From a virus: a stretch of DNA of 64,000 bases. The position numbers and the translations under genes are program-made. Positions 45,416-55,413 of this stretch are shown here, piece by piece. The DNA lies in the IMG/VR virus record IMGVR_UViG_3300025151_008277, positions 63,117 through 127,116 of that record. The stretch is one strand, 5' to 3'. The notes below the pieces were generated by a model that worked only from the letters and a program-made list of their open reading frames with translations, did not search any database and had not been told where the DNA came from. Position 1 is the first letter of the stretch, and each line of letters starts with the position of its first letter.

Positions 45416-47762
45416 TAAAAATGCGCAAGCCGCACTCACAATAGCTAAGGAATATGCAAACAAGTTTAACAGTAAGAACGTTGGTACAGAACATTTACTT
45501 ATTGGGTTAATAGAGAGTGATGACTCCACCCTCAATGATACATTTGATAGATTAAATGTAAGTACTTCTCACATTATAGAAGTAATAATTTCTATTCTTA
45601 GTATTGATGAAATAAACAAAACTCAGAAACTATCCCCAGCTATAGATTTCACACCACGAGTTTTAAAAATTATTGAATTCGCAAAAGGTATAGCTCAAAA
45701 GCTCAGTAAAAATAACGTAGAGGTAATAGATTTATTTTTAAGTTTACTTTATGAGAATGATGGTGTAGCAGTTAGTATTCTTCTTGAGTATGGATTAGAC
45801 TTTATAAGTGTAAAAGATATTCTTAAAAAGGAATTCGGAGATGAGATTGATAAGAAACTAACTACTGAATTACCTGAGTCAGTAGCTCCTTTTATATACA
45901 ATATTTCTAAAGAAGTAGAAAACGATTCTTTACCGGTAAAGTTTGTAAGAGATATTGATTATGAAAATATTTTTATGACTCTAGGAAAGAGGCATAATAC
46001 TAATCTAATAATTACCGGAGATCCAGGAGTAGGTAAAAAAGATGTAGTAAACGAAATCGCTAGACGTATTCATAAAAAACAAGCTCCTGAAAGTATTTGT
46101 AATAAAATTATTTTAGAAGTAAAATTAAAATCTCTTATTAGCGGTACAAAGTATAGAGGAGATTTTGAAAGTAGAATAGAAATACTTCAAGACTTTTTAA
46201 AAAACAATAATAACATTATCTTATTCATTAGCGATATTTCTCTTATTACTAGAATTGAAGGAACAACTAATATAGAAGAATACTTTAGTGAATTATTTGA
46301 TATTGATGATATTAATTTTATAGGATTGTGTGATACGGATAATTTTAAAAAACATATAGACAGAATTTCTTATATTGTTAATAACTTTGAAGTTGTTAAT
46401 ATAGCTCCTACTGACACAAAAGAGACTTTAGAGATACTCAATAATAATATAAAAATGTACGAAGAGTTTCATGGTGTAAAATACAAAAAAGATGTATTAG
46501 ATTATGCTATTAATATGAGCTCTAGATATATTACTGATAGATCTCAACCTACTGCAGCAATAAACTTAATTGACGAGTGTGGAGCTTATATCAAGATACG
46601 TAATCAAAATATAGATGAAGCTATTATTAAAAATGATAGAAAATTAGAAAAATTAGAGAAAAAGAAAGTAGATCTTTTAAAGGATTATAAATTAGAAGAA
46701 GCTTCTGTAGTTAAGTCTGAGCAAGAAAAACTTAAAATACCAGAAACAATCCAACAAAAGAATTTTAAGAAGACCAAAATAGTAGACATTAATACGTTAA
46801 AGCATGTTATATATAAAAAGACTGGTATACCTGTTACAGATTTAAATGGAGCTCTACCTAATCTTCAAACAGTAAAAGACAAGCTTACAAAGAATTATGT
46901 ATCACAATCTCAAGCTATTGGTTCTATAATTAATCATTTTAAAAGAGTTAAAACCGGCTTACAAGACCCAACAAGACCATTAGCTAGCTTTTTATTTTTA
47001 GGTCCAACTGGTGTGGGTAAAACTTATCTATGCGAATTAATCAGCCAAGAGTTTTTCCATAATAAAAATAATTTTCTTAAGATAGACATGTCAGAGTTTA
47101 TGGACAAGCATTCCGTAAGTAAGCTCATTGGTTCACCTCCAGGGTATATTGGATATGGAGACTCTTGTTTATTAGGAGACTTTGTAAAAGAGAAACCTTA
47201 TTCGTTAATTTTATTAGATGAGGTGGAAAAGGCTCACCCGGATGTTATGAATATATTTCTTCAAGTATTAGATAAAGGTGATTTAACTGATGGAACTGGA
47301 AGAAAGATTAATTTTAAAAATACTATTTTAGTTTTTACAAGTAATATAGGAGCAGAGAACTTCGATAAAGAAAGTATAGGGTTCGGTAATTCTCCTTCCT
47401 CTACCTTAGATATTGAAAATAGTCTTAAAGGTTATTTTAAGCCAGAGTTTTTGAATCGGTTAGATGAGATTGTTCAATTCGATCATTTAACTGACAATGA
47501 TATTTACACATTAGTTGATATCATGAGTAAAAACTTTGTTGATAAATTGAGGAAAGTTCATAACATAAGATTTGTGTTGACTGCAGAAGCTCGTAAATAT
47601 ATATCTGAACACGGTTATTCCAGAAAATACGGAGCCAGATTCTTACGAAGGTTCTTCGAGAAACACATTGAGTGTGAAGTTGCAACTATTATTATTGAGC
47701 GAGAAAACAAGCCAAGAAAAATAACTTGCAAATTAGAAGAGAATAAACTAATTATTGATTGA
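45405..47762 (+). CDS. clpC: ClpA/ClpC-like Hsp100 ATPase with degenerate NBD1
   Basis: Clp-N repeats (VGTEHLL, FTPR), GTKYRGDFE, NBD2 GPTGVGKT, IDMSEF, GSPPGYIGY, LLDEVEKAH, IGF loop, PEFLNRLD. Confidence 0.88.
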   Translation: MKFSKNAQAALTIAKEYANKFNSKNVGTEHLLIGLIESDDSTLNDTFDRLNVSTSHIIEVIISILSIDEINKTQKLSPAIDFTPRVLKIIEFAKGIAQKLSKNNVEVIDLFLSLLYENDGVAVSILLEYGLDFISVKDILKKEFGDEIDKKLTTELPESVAPFIYNISKEVENDSLPVKFVRDIDYENIFMTLGKRHNTNLIITGDPGVGKKDVVNEIARRIHKKQAPESICNKIILEVKLKSLISGTKYRGDFESRIEILQDFLKNNNNIILFISDISLITRIEGTTNIEEYFSELFDIDDINFIGLCDTDNFKKHIDRISYIVNNFEVVNIAPTDTKETLEILNNNIKMYEEFHGVKYKKDVLDYAINMSSRYITDRSQPTAAINLIDECGAYIKIRNQNIDEAIIKNDRKLEKLEKKKVDLLKDYKLEEASVVKSEQEKLKIPETIQQKNFKKTKIVDINTLKHVIYKKTGIPVTDLNGALPNLQTVKDKLTKNYVSQSQAIGSIINHFKRVKTGLQDPTRPLASFLFLGPTGVGKTYLCELISQEFFHNKNNFLKIDMSEFMDKHSVSKLIGSPPGYIGYGDSCLLGDFVKEKPYSLILLDEVEKAHPDVMNIFLQVLDKGDLTDGTGRKINFKNTILVFTSNIGAENFDKESIGFGNSPSSTLDIENSLKGYFKPEFLNRLDEIVQFDHLTDNDIYTLVDIMSKNFVDKLRKVHNIRFVLTAEARKYISEHGYSRKYGARFLRRFFEKHIECEVATIIIERENKPRKITCKLEENKLIID

Positions 47763-47763
47763 C

Positions 47764-47961
47764 ATGAAGACATACAATATCTTGATTAAAGATGTTTATA
47801 CAGAGGAAAAGCGCTCTGAAACCATGGAGTGCGAAGACACAGCAGATGTTAGAGACATTCATAAACAAGCTATGAAAAGTATTAAAGTAGCTGAAGATAT
47901 TGAATGTATTAAAGCTAATAACAAACTTGTATACACTCTCGATAGAGGATTCTTAGCATGA
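47764..47961 (+). CDS. Hypothetical protein
   Basis: ATG just after the clp stop. Confidence 0.55.
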   Translation: MKTYNILIKDVYTEEKRSETMECEDTADVRDIHKQAMKSIKVAEDIECIKANNKLVYTLDRGFLA

Positions 47962-48206
47962 GTAAAACAAACAAACAAGCAGTATTATTAATTGACGCTG
48001 TAGCAGCATATTTCTTACATAAAAAGACATCTGCACAGGCGAATCTAGAAAACTACCTGAATAATTCTACAGGTATTGGAGAACACGGAGATATTGTCGC
48101 TGAGTGTGTTAAATTAGTAGAACAGATAGACCATTCAGAAAGCTGTCTTTCTATTGTAAACAACTATAAGCCAGAGGTATCCATAGGGGATACAGCAATG
48201 GTATAA
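47958..48206 (+). CDS. Conserved hypothetical phage protein
   Basis: ANLENYL...GIGEHGDIV.E motif. Confidence 0.6.
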   Translation: MSKTNKQAVLLIDAVAAYFLHKKTSAQANLENYLNNSTGIGEHGDIVAECVKLVEQIDHSESCLSIVNNYKPEVSIGDTAMV

Positions 48207-48229
48207 TAAGAAATAATAATAATACAACC

Positions 48230-48255
48230 AAAAGGGCTTTCTTGCCCTTTTTTTT
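48230..48255 (+). terminator. Intrinsic terminator
   Basis: AAAAGGGC-TTTCTT-GCCCTTTTTTTT. Confidence 0.8.
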
Positions 48256-48278
48256 ATGTTGAAATACTAAATAATTAT

Positions 48279-48704
48279 ATGATACCTACTGAAATTCTTA
48301 CTTTGTTCGGCGGTTCAATAACCGGCTTTATATTCAAGTTTATGGCTCAACGAAGTAAAGATAATCAGCAAAAATTCGAGATGCTGATGAAAAGGAATCA
48401 ATTTGCGGAAGATACTCGTAACGCTGCCGCAGAAAGGGCTAAAGGAAGTGCTGGACAATGGGTCAGGAGATTTATTGTTATCAGTATTATGTTTGGAGTT
48501 ATTCTAGCTCCGTTTGTAGCTACTTTATTATCTATTCCAGTAGTGCTGGAAGTTGATACTCAAAAACCTATCCTCTTCGGTCTGTTCGGTTCCCGACCTG
48601 AAAAGCTATTCGTAGAGTCTTTTGGTTACGTTTTAATCCCTGAGATAAGACAAGCGTTGACAGCCATCATAGGATTTTATTTCGGTCAATCCACAGTTAA
48701 ATAG
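48279..48704 (+). CDS. Membrane protein, holin-like
   Basis: 2-3 hydrophobic segments, WVRRFIV, IIGFYFG; late promoter. Confidence 0.55.
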   Translation: MIPTEILTLFGGSITGFIFKFMAQRSKDNQQKFEMLMKRNQFAEDTRNAAAERAKGSAGQWVRRFIVISIMFGVILAPFVATLLSIPVVLEVDTQKPILFGLFGSRPEKLFVESFGYVLIPEIRQALTAIIGFYFGQSTVK

Positions 48705-48744
48705 TTGAATCCTTCGAGGTTTTTAATAAAATAAAAAACGCTAT

Positions 48745-50991
48745 ATGAAAGTAAAGAAGAGGGACGGTCGACTCGAGGACTTTAATATCGAGAAAATTCA
48801 CGATGTACTTTTTTGGTCTACAAAAGATATCAAGGGTGTTAATGTTAGTGATATCGAGATCAATGCTAAGCTCCAGGTATTTGATGGAATTGAAAGTACA
48901 AAGATTCATGAAGTATTAATTTATTCAGCTGCTGACTTAATTAGTGAAGCCACGCCTAATTACCAACAAGTAGCTGCAAACTTACTTAATTATTATCTCC
49001 GTAAGCAAGTTTTTGGGGTATCAGATAATATGCCATCCCTTCAAGAGGTTATCGAGAAAAATATTAAGTACGGAGTATATGATAAAAATATTTTAGATTT
49101 ATATTCCAAAGAAGAGATTAATCAGTTAGATAATTTTATAAAGCATAATAGAGACTATATGTTTGTATATGCTGGTCTTCAACAACTTGTAGATAAGTAT
49201 CTTCTTAAAGATAGAACCACAGGTAAAGTTTATGAAACTCCTCAGTATATGTATATGCTTATTGCTATGATTCTTAATAGTAATGAGAAAGAAAATAGAT
49301 TGAAAGCTGTAAAGAGTTTCTATAATGATATTAGCACGTTTGAAATTTCGTTACCTACACCAATCATGTGCGGTGTCCGTACACCCTCACGGCAATATAG
49401 CTCTTGTACATTGATTGATGTAGGTGACTCCTTACCTTCTATATTCCATTCGAATACCGCAGTGGGATATTATACTGCAAATCGAGCAGGTATTGGATTA
49501 AACTTCGGTCGCATCCGAGGAGTTGGATCTAAGATTAGAAATGGTGAAGTAGTACATACTGGAGTTATTCCTTTTCTTAAAATGTTCGAAAGTACTACTA
49601 AGTGCTGTACTCAAAACGGAGTACGAGGTGGTTCAAGTACTACCCACTTTCCTTTTTGGCATAAAGAGATTGAAGACATTTTAGTACTAAAAAATAATCG
49701 CGGTACTGATGATAATAGAGTACGTAAGATGGATTACTCTATTCAGTTTAATCGTCTTTTCTATAAACGGTTTGTAGAAGATGGTAATATAACTTTATTC
49801 TCTCCTCATGAAGTAACTGATCTATATGATAAGTTCTTTTCTGATACAGAAGAATTTATTAAGCTATATGAAAAGTATGAAAGGAGTCGCAGTATATTTA
49901 AGAGAGAAATATCTGCAAGAAAACTCTTCATGCATTTCTGTCAAGAGCGTATAGAGACAGGTAGGATGTATGTAATGAATGTAGACAATACTAATGAACA
50001 TAGCTCGTTTACTGATACTGTCTATATGTCTAATCTTTGTCAAGAGATTACATTACCTACTGATCCTATAACTCATATAGACGATGCTGAGTCTGGAGAG
50101 ATTGCTCTTTGTATTTTATCCGCTATTAACGTTGGAGCTGTTCGTAAGTTAGAAGATCTTGAAAGTATAACTTACAATATTGTTAAAGCTCTAGATTATA
50201 TTATTGACAACCAATACTATCCTGTCGATGCTTCTAAGAAGATGATCAATCGTCGTAGTATTGGAGTTGGCGTTACAAATCTTGCTTACTACCTAGCTAA
50301 GAATGGATATTCATATGAAGATAAAGAAGCAATTAATTTAGTAGATGAGTTAGCGGAGAATATACAATACTACCTACTGAAGGCTTCAGTACGTTTAGCT
50401 AAAGAGAGAGGTAAGTGTGAGTGGTTTGATAGAACGAAATATAGTAAAGGTATTTTGCCTATTGATACATATAGTAAAGAAGTAGATAAAATTTGTAAAA
50501 GAAAACTCACACACGACTGGAAACAGTTACGAGAGGATATCTTAGAACATGGATTAAGAAATAGTACATTAACTGCGTTGATGCCTTGTGAGAGTTCCTC
50601 TTTAGTTACAAACTCAACAAATGGTATAGAACCTCCTAGAAGTTTAGTAACAATTAAAAAGTCTAAGCAAGGATTAATACCTCAAGTCGTACCTGAAATT
50701 GCTAAACTTAAAAACAAATATACATTAGCATACGATATGAAAGACAATATTGGTTATGTTAATATTTGCGCAGTACTACAAAAGTATTTTGATCAAGCTA
50801 TCTCAGCAAACCATTACTATAATTTTGCTAGATATGACGAGGGTAACTTACCTATGTCGGTTGTTGCGAAAGATGTTTTATACTCTTATAAAATGGGATT
50901 AAAAACTCTTTACTACGCTAATACAGATGACGGAAAAACAGATACTGTTGCTGAAGAGGATGATTGTGCAGGTGGTGCATGCAAACTATGA
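48745..50991 (+). CDS. nrdA: Ribonucleotide reductase class Ia alpha subunit
   Basis: ATP cone VKKRDG, YETPQ, PTP, SSC, SNLCQEI, NSTNGIEP, C-terminal CAGGACKL. Confidence 0.97.
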   Translation: MKVKKRDGRLEDFNIEKIHDVLFWSTKDIKGVNVSDIEINAKLQVFDGIESTKIHEVLIYSAADLISEATPNYQQVAANLLNYYLRKQVFGVSDNMPSLQEVIEKNIKYGVYDKNILDLYSKEEINQLDNFIKHNRDYMFVYAGLQQLVDKYLLKDRTTGKVYETPQYMYMLIAMILNSNEKENRLKAVKSFYNDISTFEISLPTPIMCGVRTPSRQYSSCTLIDVGDSLPSIFHSNTAVGYYTANRAGIGLNFGRIRGVGSKIRNGEVVHTGVIPFLKMFESTTKCCTQNGVRGGSSTTHFPFWHKEIEDILVLKNNRGTDDNRVRKMDYSIQFNRLFYKRFVEDGNITLFSPHEVTDLYDKFFSDTEEFIKLYEKYERSRSIFKREISARKLFMHFCQERIETGRMYVMNVDNTNEHSSFTDTVYMSNLCQEITLPTDPITHIDDAESGEIALCILSAINVGAVRKLEDLESITYNIVKALDYIIDNQYYPVDASKKMINRRSIGVGVTNLAYYLAKNGYSYEDKEAINLVDELAENIQYYLLKASVRLAKERGKCEWFDRTKYSKGILPIDTYSKEVDKICKRKLTHDWKQLREDILEHGLRNSTLTALMPCESSSLVTNSTNGIEPPRSLVTIKKSKQGLIPQVVPEIAKLKNKYTLAYDMKDNIGYVNICAVLQKYFDQAISANHYYNFARYDEGNLPMSVVAKDVLYSYKMGLKTLYYANTDDGKTDTVAEEDDCAGGACKL

Positions 50992-51095
50992 CACCCGGAA
51001 CTCAGGAAATAGCTGCAAAAATAATTGTTGCACTTAGTCTATATTTTACACTATACTTTCTCTACAAGGAAATCAAAGAAGACTTAAATGGATAA
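50988..51095 (+). CDS. Small single-TM peptide (35 aa; not in ORF track)
   Basis: MTPGTQEIAAKIIVALSLYFTLYFLYKEIKEDLNG; overlaps the nrdA stop (ATGA) and the nrdB start. Confidence 0.5.
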   Translation: MTPGTQEIAAKIIVALSLYFTLYFLYKEIKEDLNG

Positions 51096-52161
51096 GCAAA
51101 TTATTAATATTGAAAATGTGGATACCACCAAACAGCCTTTGTTTTTTGGTAAAGGGTTAAATCTTCAGCGCTACGACAAACAGCGCTATAAGAAGATTTA
51201 TGATTTATTTCTTCAGCATTTAAGTTTCTTTTGGAGACCTGAAGAAGTTAGTCTAGAAAAAGAACGAGCGGATTACGAACAGTTAACCGATCATCAAAAA
51301 TTTATCTTTACTAAGAATTTAGGTTATCAGATTCTTTTAGATTCAATTCAATCTAGAGGTATTAGTCATTTGCTAGAAGATTGTAGTAATCCTGAACTTG
51401 AAGCTTTTGCTAAGACCTGGGAGTTCTTCGAGACTCTTCATAGTTACTCATACACATATATTATTAAAAATGTATACGCTAATCCATCTGACGTGTTTGA
51501 TAATATTCTTACTGATCCTGAAATTATTAAGAGAACGACGTCAGTAACAAAATATTATGATACGTTAATTAACGGACTACCTGATGATAGTCTGCATGAA
51601 AGAAAGAAGAAGTTATATCTCACGTTAGTGAGTATCAACATTCTTGAAGGAATTAGGTTCTACGTTTCATTTGCTTGTTCATATTGCTTTGCGCAGAACA
51701 AAACAATGGAAGGGAACGCTAAGATTATTTCTCTTATTAATCGAGACGAGAATCTTCATTTAGCTTTTACTCAAAACGTTCTCAAGTATCTTAAAACTAA
51801 CGATACAGAAGGCTTTACTAAGATTGTCAAAGAGTGTCAGCCTACCGTTGAGAAAATGTTTAAAGACGCAGCTGAAGAAGAAATGGAGTGGGCTAAGTAT
51901 CTATTCAAAGATGGTTCAATGCTAGGATTGAATGATGAGATTCTCATTCAGTACATGAAGCACTTATGTAACAAGCGATCAAGAACGATCGGCCTTGGTA
52001 ACATTTTTGAAGATACTCCTAATCCTATTTTGTGGATTAAGAACTGGACTGAGTCAAAACATGTCCAGGTCGCACCGCAAGAGACACAGATTGAGACTTA
52101 TAAGGTAGGGTCGTTCAAACAAGATACTTCTGAGACAGATTTTTCGGATTTTAGTTTTTAG
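51088..52161 (+). CDS. nrdB: Ribonucleotide reductase class Ia beta subunit
   Basis: FWRPEE, LDSIQ, ETLHSYSY, LEGIRFYVSF, RDENLH, VAPQE. Confidence 0.97.
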   Translation: MDKQIINIENVDTTKQPLFFGKGLNLQRYDKQRYKKIYDLFLQHLSFFWRPEEVSLEKERADYEQLTDHQKFIFTKNLGYQILLDSIQSRGISHLLEDCSNPELEAFAKTWEFFETLHSYSYTYIIKNVYANPSDVFDNILTDPEIIKRTTSVTKYYDTLINGLPDDSLHERKKKLYLTLVSINILEGIRFYVSFACSYCFAQNKTMEGNAKIISLINRDENLHLAFTQNVLKYLKTNDTEGFTKIVKECQPTVEKMFKDAAEEEMEWAKYLFKDGSMLGLNDEILIQYMKHLCNKRSRTIGLGNIFEDTPNPILWIKNWTESKHVQVAPQETQIETYKVGSFKQDTSETDFSDFSF

Positions 52162-52510
52162 GTTTGAATCGAGATAGGTCGAGTTGAGCAAGTGGTTTTT
52201 CTATTTTAAGCATAGCTAGTCTCTCGTTTTGAATAACTAACTTGCTCCCGCCTATGATTTTACCATCTACTACATCGTATATAAAAAATACAGTTTTTAT
52301 AAATCCTACTCTAATTATACGACCAGGTTTCCCGTCTACAAAAACTACATCATCAGTATTATAATCCCCACCGCAAAATACTGCTAGAGAAGCAACTAAG
52401 CTTTTTATTGTAGATTGAAGCATTAATCCTGCCATCCCAGCCAGAATCATCCACCCATACTGACCAATTAAATGCTCAGTAACCTCTTTTAATTTTGAAG
52501 CTTCATCCAT
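52151..52510 (-). CDS. Small MscS-like membrane protein
   Basis: TM helix followed by a DDVVFVDGKPGRIIRVG Sm-like domain. Confidence 0.55.
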   Translation of the reverse strand: MDEASKLKEVTEHLIGQYGWMILAGMAGLMLQSTIKSLVASLAVFCGGDYNTDDVVFVDGKPGRIIRVGFIKTVFFIYDVVDGKIIGGSKLVIQNERLAMLKIEKPLAQLDLSRFKPKN

Positions 52511-52581
52511 ATTAATATTTATTATTTTTTTATCCGGAACTTTAAATATTAAAAAACGGGGTGAGATGAATAAATACTTAT

Positions 52582-52932
52582 GTGTTGAACGACGGTTACC
52601 TATATCTCATCACTAATTCTGCATGGCCCGGATGGATTAAGATAGGTACAACTAAAAATATCAAAAGTCGTCTGCGTACATACCAAACAGGTTCCCCTTT
52701 TAGAGATTATAATATTGTTTATTCTGTAAAGCATCCTGCTTATCTAGAAGCTGAAAAACGTATCAAAAAACAAATGAAATATTTTGCTTCTGATATTCGT
52801 AATGAATGGTTTAAGATTAATATTAATATTGCAAAAGATAGATTGATTGAACAATTAGATAATTATTTTTATGGTGAATGCGATCATGAGCAAAAATATG
52901 AAGCTCCTGAAAGAGAATTACTCACCGCTTAA
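52582..52932 (+). CDS. GIY-YIG-like T5orf172 domain protein
   Basis: GYLYLI, WIKIG, RLRTYQTGSP, EAEK, NEWF. Confidence 0.8.
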   Translation: MLNDGYLYLITNSAWPGWIKIGTTKNIKSRLRTYQTGSPFRDYNIVYSVKHPAYLEAEKRIKKQMKYFASDIRNEWFKININIAKDRLIEQLDNYFYGECDHEQKYEAPERELLTA

Positions 52933-52946
52933 TACTCTCCCTTTAT

Positions 52947-53522
52947 ATGAAAAAACTTAGAGAATTGCTTTTTGGCAAACACGTAAAAACTATAGGCATA
53001 GCTGCTACTGTAATGATTATTTTATTTGTAGTCGCCAAAGTAAGCTTCATTAATAAACTTCAACTTGATAAAGCTGTAAAAAATACTATTACTAACGTTG
53101 AAGTAAAATCCTATTTACTAGCTAATGGTGTGAATATGAGCTCGACAGTATTTGCTGACCCGGAATATAATTTATTAGCGCGGGATTGGATTGAAGCAAA
53201 CGCTCAACCTAAGTATGTAGAATTTTTACAAGAGTTAGGATTTAGTAAATGGGAGAAAAATAATAGCGATTGTGATGATTTTTCAAAAGCATTTACTGTT
53301 TTTCTTAAGTCATATGTTAAAAAGGCTCACCCTACTGTATCATCTCCAGCTGTAGGAGAGATTTATTATATTCAAAAGTCTGGAGGAGCTCATGCGATTA
53401 ATATTATTGTTTTGTCAAACTCGGAAGGTACTGCTTCTATAGGGTTTTTTGAACCTCAAATACAACAGTTTATTACATTAACTAAAAAAGAAATAGAATC
53501 TATATATTTTGTTTCTATTTAG
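52947..53522 (+). CDS. Membrane-anchored transglutaminase/cysteine-protease-like protein
   Basis: N-terminal TM helix, DCDDFS, HAINI, FFEPQ. Confidence 0.6.
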   Translation: MKKLRELLFGKHVKTIGIAATVMIILFVVAKVSFINKLQLDKAVKNTITNVEVKSYLLANGVNMSSTVFADPEYNLLARDWIEANAQPKYVEFLQELGFSKWEKNNSDCDDFSKAFTVFLKSYVKKAHPTVSSPAVGEIYYIQKSGGAHAINIIVLSNSEGTASIGFFEPQIQQFITLTKKEIESIYFVSI

Positions 53523-54096
53523 AATTTCGTTTCTGCCAATTTAAAGACTTTTCGTCTTCAGTTATAGGGCCACCTTTTGCCCATGTATGACAGCTCCTTG
53601 CGCTATGGCATTTGAAGTGATGCATCCAACAGTAACCTAACCTTCCATCATTATCAGATGTTTCTCCAGGCATACATTCATCCATTCTAGGCGAGATATC
53701 AAAAGCAACACAGTTACCGCATAGAGATTTTTTAGCTGCTTTAGTGGATGTTTTCCAATACTTGGCAATCTTCTCCCAATAATCCCCGGGTTCAGTTACA
53801 TTTAACGGACCATAATTAAACTCTCTTATTGTAGCGTCTCTATTTTGAGTGTTTAATTTTAAATTCTGAGTAGCAGCAGGACATTGTTGAGTATCCTCGC
53901 AATGATAATTTAAATATCTTTGAGCAGCCTTAGCAGTGTTATTACCTTTATTTTTTTGCTTTGCTTTTAAAGCTCGAGCTTTCGTGCAGGTTAGTTTACC
54001 GGTTGTTTGTCTTTTGAGTATTCCTGGTCTTACAGGATCATGTATAGACTTCTTTTCAAGAATACCATTAACAATATTATCAAACTCTAATGTCAT
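53515..54096 (-). CDS. Cys/His-rich hypothetical late protein (two modules)
   Basis: CGNCVAFD..GYCWMHHFKCHSARSCHTW metal-binding-like C-terminus. Confidence 0.6.
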   Translation of the reverse strand: MTLEFDNIVNGILEKKSIHDPVRPGILKRQTTGKLTCTKARALKAKQKNKGNNTAKAAQRYLNYHCEDTQQCPAATQNLKLNTQNRDATIREFNYGPLNVTEPGDYWEKIAKYWKTSTKAAKKSLCGNCVAFDISPRMDECMPGETSDNDGRLGYCWMHHFKCHSARSCHTWAKGGPITEDEKSLNWQKRNSK

Positions 54097-54545
54097 GTCT
54101 TTGAGTAGTTAGGTTTTTTACCTGAACGCCCTTTGCGTTCTGCTTTGCGTTTACGAGAGACTGATGAACTCTTTTGACTCTTACTCATAGAATAAGCTTT
54201 TTTAGCTGGAACGCATTTAGGGTATTTACCCGTATCTGCATCTTTTCTACCGCATGGTTGATATTTACCGCCTTTCTTTCTTGCGCCAATATTCACCCAT
54301 TTTTGCTTAAACCAATCTTTGAGACTTTCATCTACTGCTTCGCTTTTTTTCTTCCAGTCTCTTCTTTTCTTTCCTTTATTATCCTTTACTTTACCAGCGC
54401 AGACTTTTGAAGCATAAGCATTAGCATATGCAGAAGGATATACATCGAACTTAGCTTTTGCCGCTCTTTTTCCTCTTGCACATAACTTCTTCTCATCTAT
54501 ACTAGATAAAATATTTTCACATAGATTGTCAAAACTCTCAGTCAC
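54093..54545 (-). CDS. Very basic hypothetical late protein
   Basis: KFDVYPSAYAN, LKDWFKQKWV, PCGR, YPKCVP; GTG start after TAAATA-N5. Confidence 0.65.
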   Translation of the reverse strand: MTESFDNLCENILSSIDEKKLCARGKRAAKAKFDVYPSAYANAYASKVCAGKVKDNKGKKRRDWKKKSEAVDESLKDWFKQKWVNIGARKKGGKYQPCGRKDADTGKYPKCVPAKKAYSMSKSQKSSSVSRKRKAERKGRSGKKPNYSKT

Positions 54546-54600
54546 ATAAATATTTATTACTTCCTTATAGTAAAGCATTAAAAATAGCATAAATAATTGT

Positions 54601-55077
54601 ATGTCAGCACATAAAACAGACGATTTATATGAAATAGGTAATCTTTTAGATCAAGTATCTAAAGGTAAAATTCTCACTCCAATGGATGTAGCTAATAAAG
54701 TGCATTCATACGTTACAGAGCAACCTAAGCAAGAACCTAAACAAGATGAAGAGGTTGTACAAGAAGGTCTAGACCCTGTAGGTAAAGAAGACGACGATAT
54801 TGATAACGATGGAGATACAGATAAGACTGACAAGTACCTTCTTAAGAGACGTAAATCAATTAAAAAGTCTATGAATGAAGATCTTGGTGATGCTCGATTC
54901 CAGCCAGGAGACGTTCTTTCAGCAGAACAACTTGGAGAAGGGAGTGACTTCGTTGTTGTTGGTATTACAGAAGATGAAGACGGTGGAGTAGCTTATGATT
55001 TAATGGAACTTGGCCAAGAAGGTATTACTGTTTCTGATAAGGATATTCAAGGCGATGACTCTTATCCTCTTTTTTAA
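54601..55077 (+). CDS. Acidic hypothetical late protein
   Basis: LDPVGKEDDDIDNDGDTDKTDKYL EF-hand-like motif; TAAATA-N5-ATG. Confidence 0.65.
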   Translation: MSAHKTDDLYEIGNLLDQVSKGKILTPMDVANKVHSYVTEQPKQEPKQDEEVVQEGLDPVGKEDDDIDNDGDTDKTDKYLLKRRKSIKKSMNEDLGDARFQPGDVLSAEQLGEGSDFVVVGITEDEDGGVAYDLMELGQEGITVSDKDIQGDDSYPLF

Positions 55078-55079
55078 AT

Positions 55080-55412
55080 ATGAAAACCGAGAAACGTATA
55101 GATGAATTATTAGATGCTTGTAATGTTTGTGGTGATGATAATCAATCACAAGATAGTACTCATGACGAGGATTCACACATGGCTAAGAGTGATCTTTTCA
55201 ATATAGCTGACAACGCAAAGACACTTCATGATATGCTTGATGATAACTACCCTTTAGATGATTGGGCAAAAGCTAAACTGACTAAAGCAGCTGATTATGT
55301 AAATGCTGTACTTAAGTATGTTAAATACGAAAAAGAACAGGAAGGCGACCCAGATGGCCAAGATCATACTAAAGTTTACATTGCTACTGACCCTCGTACA
55401 TTAGGATTATAA
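55080..55412 (+). CDS. Hypothetical protein
   Basis: MAKSDL...DDWAKAKLTKAADY. Confidence 0.65.
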   Translation: MKTEKRIDELLDACNVCGDDNQSQDSTHDEDSHMAKSDLFNIADNAKTLHDMLDDNYPLDDWAKAKLTKAADYVNAVLKYVKYEKEQEGDPDGQDHTKVYIATDPRTLGL

Positions 55413-55413
55413 T

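Noticed and set aside
48745-52161. Intron or intein in nrdA/nrdB
   Set aside because: Both ORFs are continuous, of ordinary length, and show no splicing or homing motifs.
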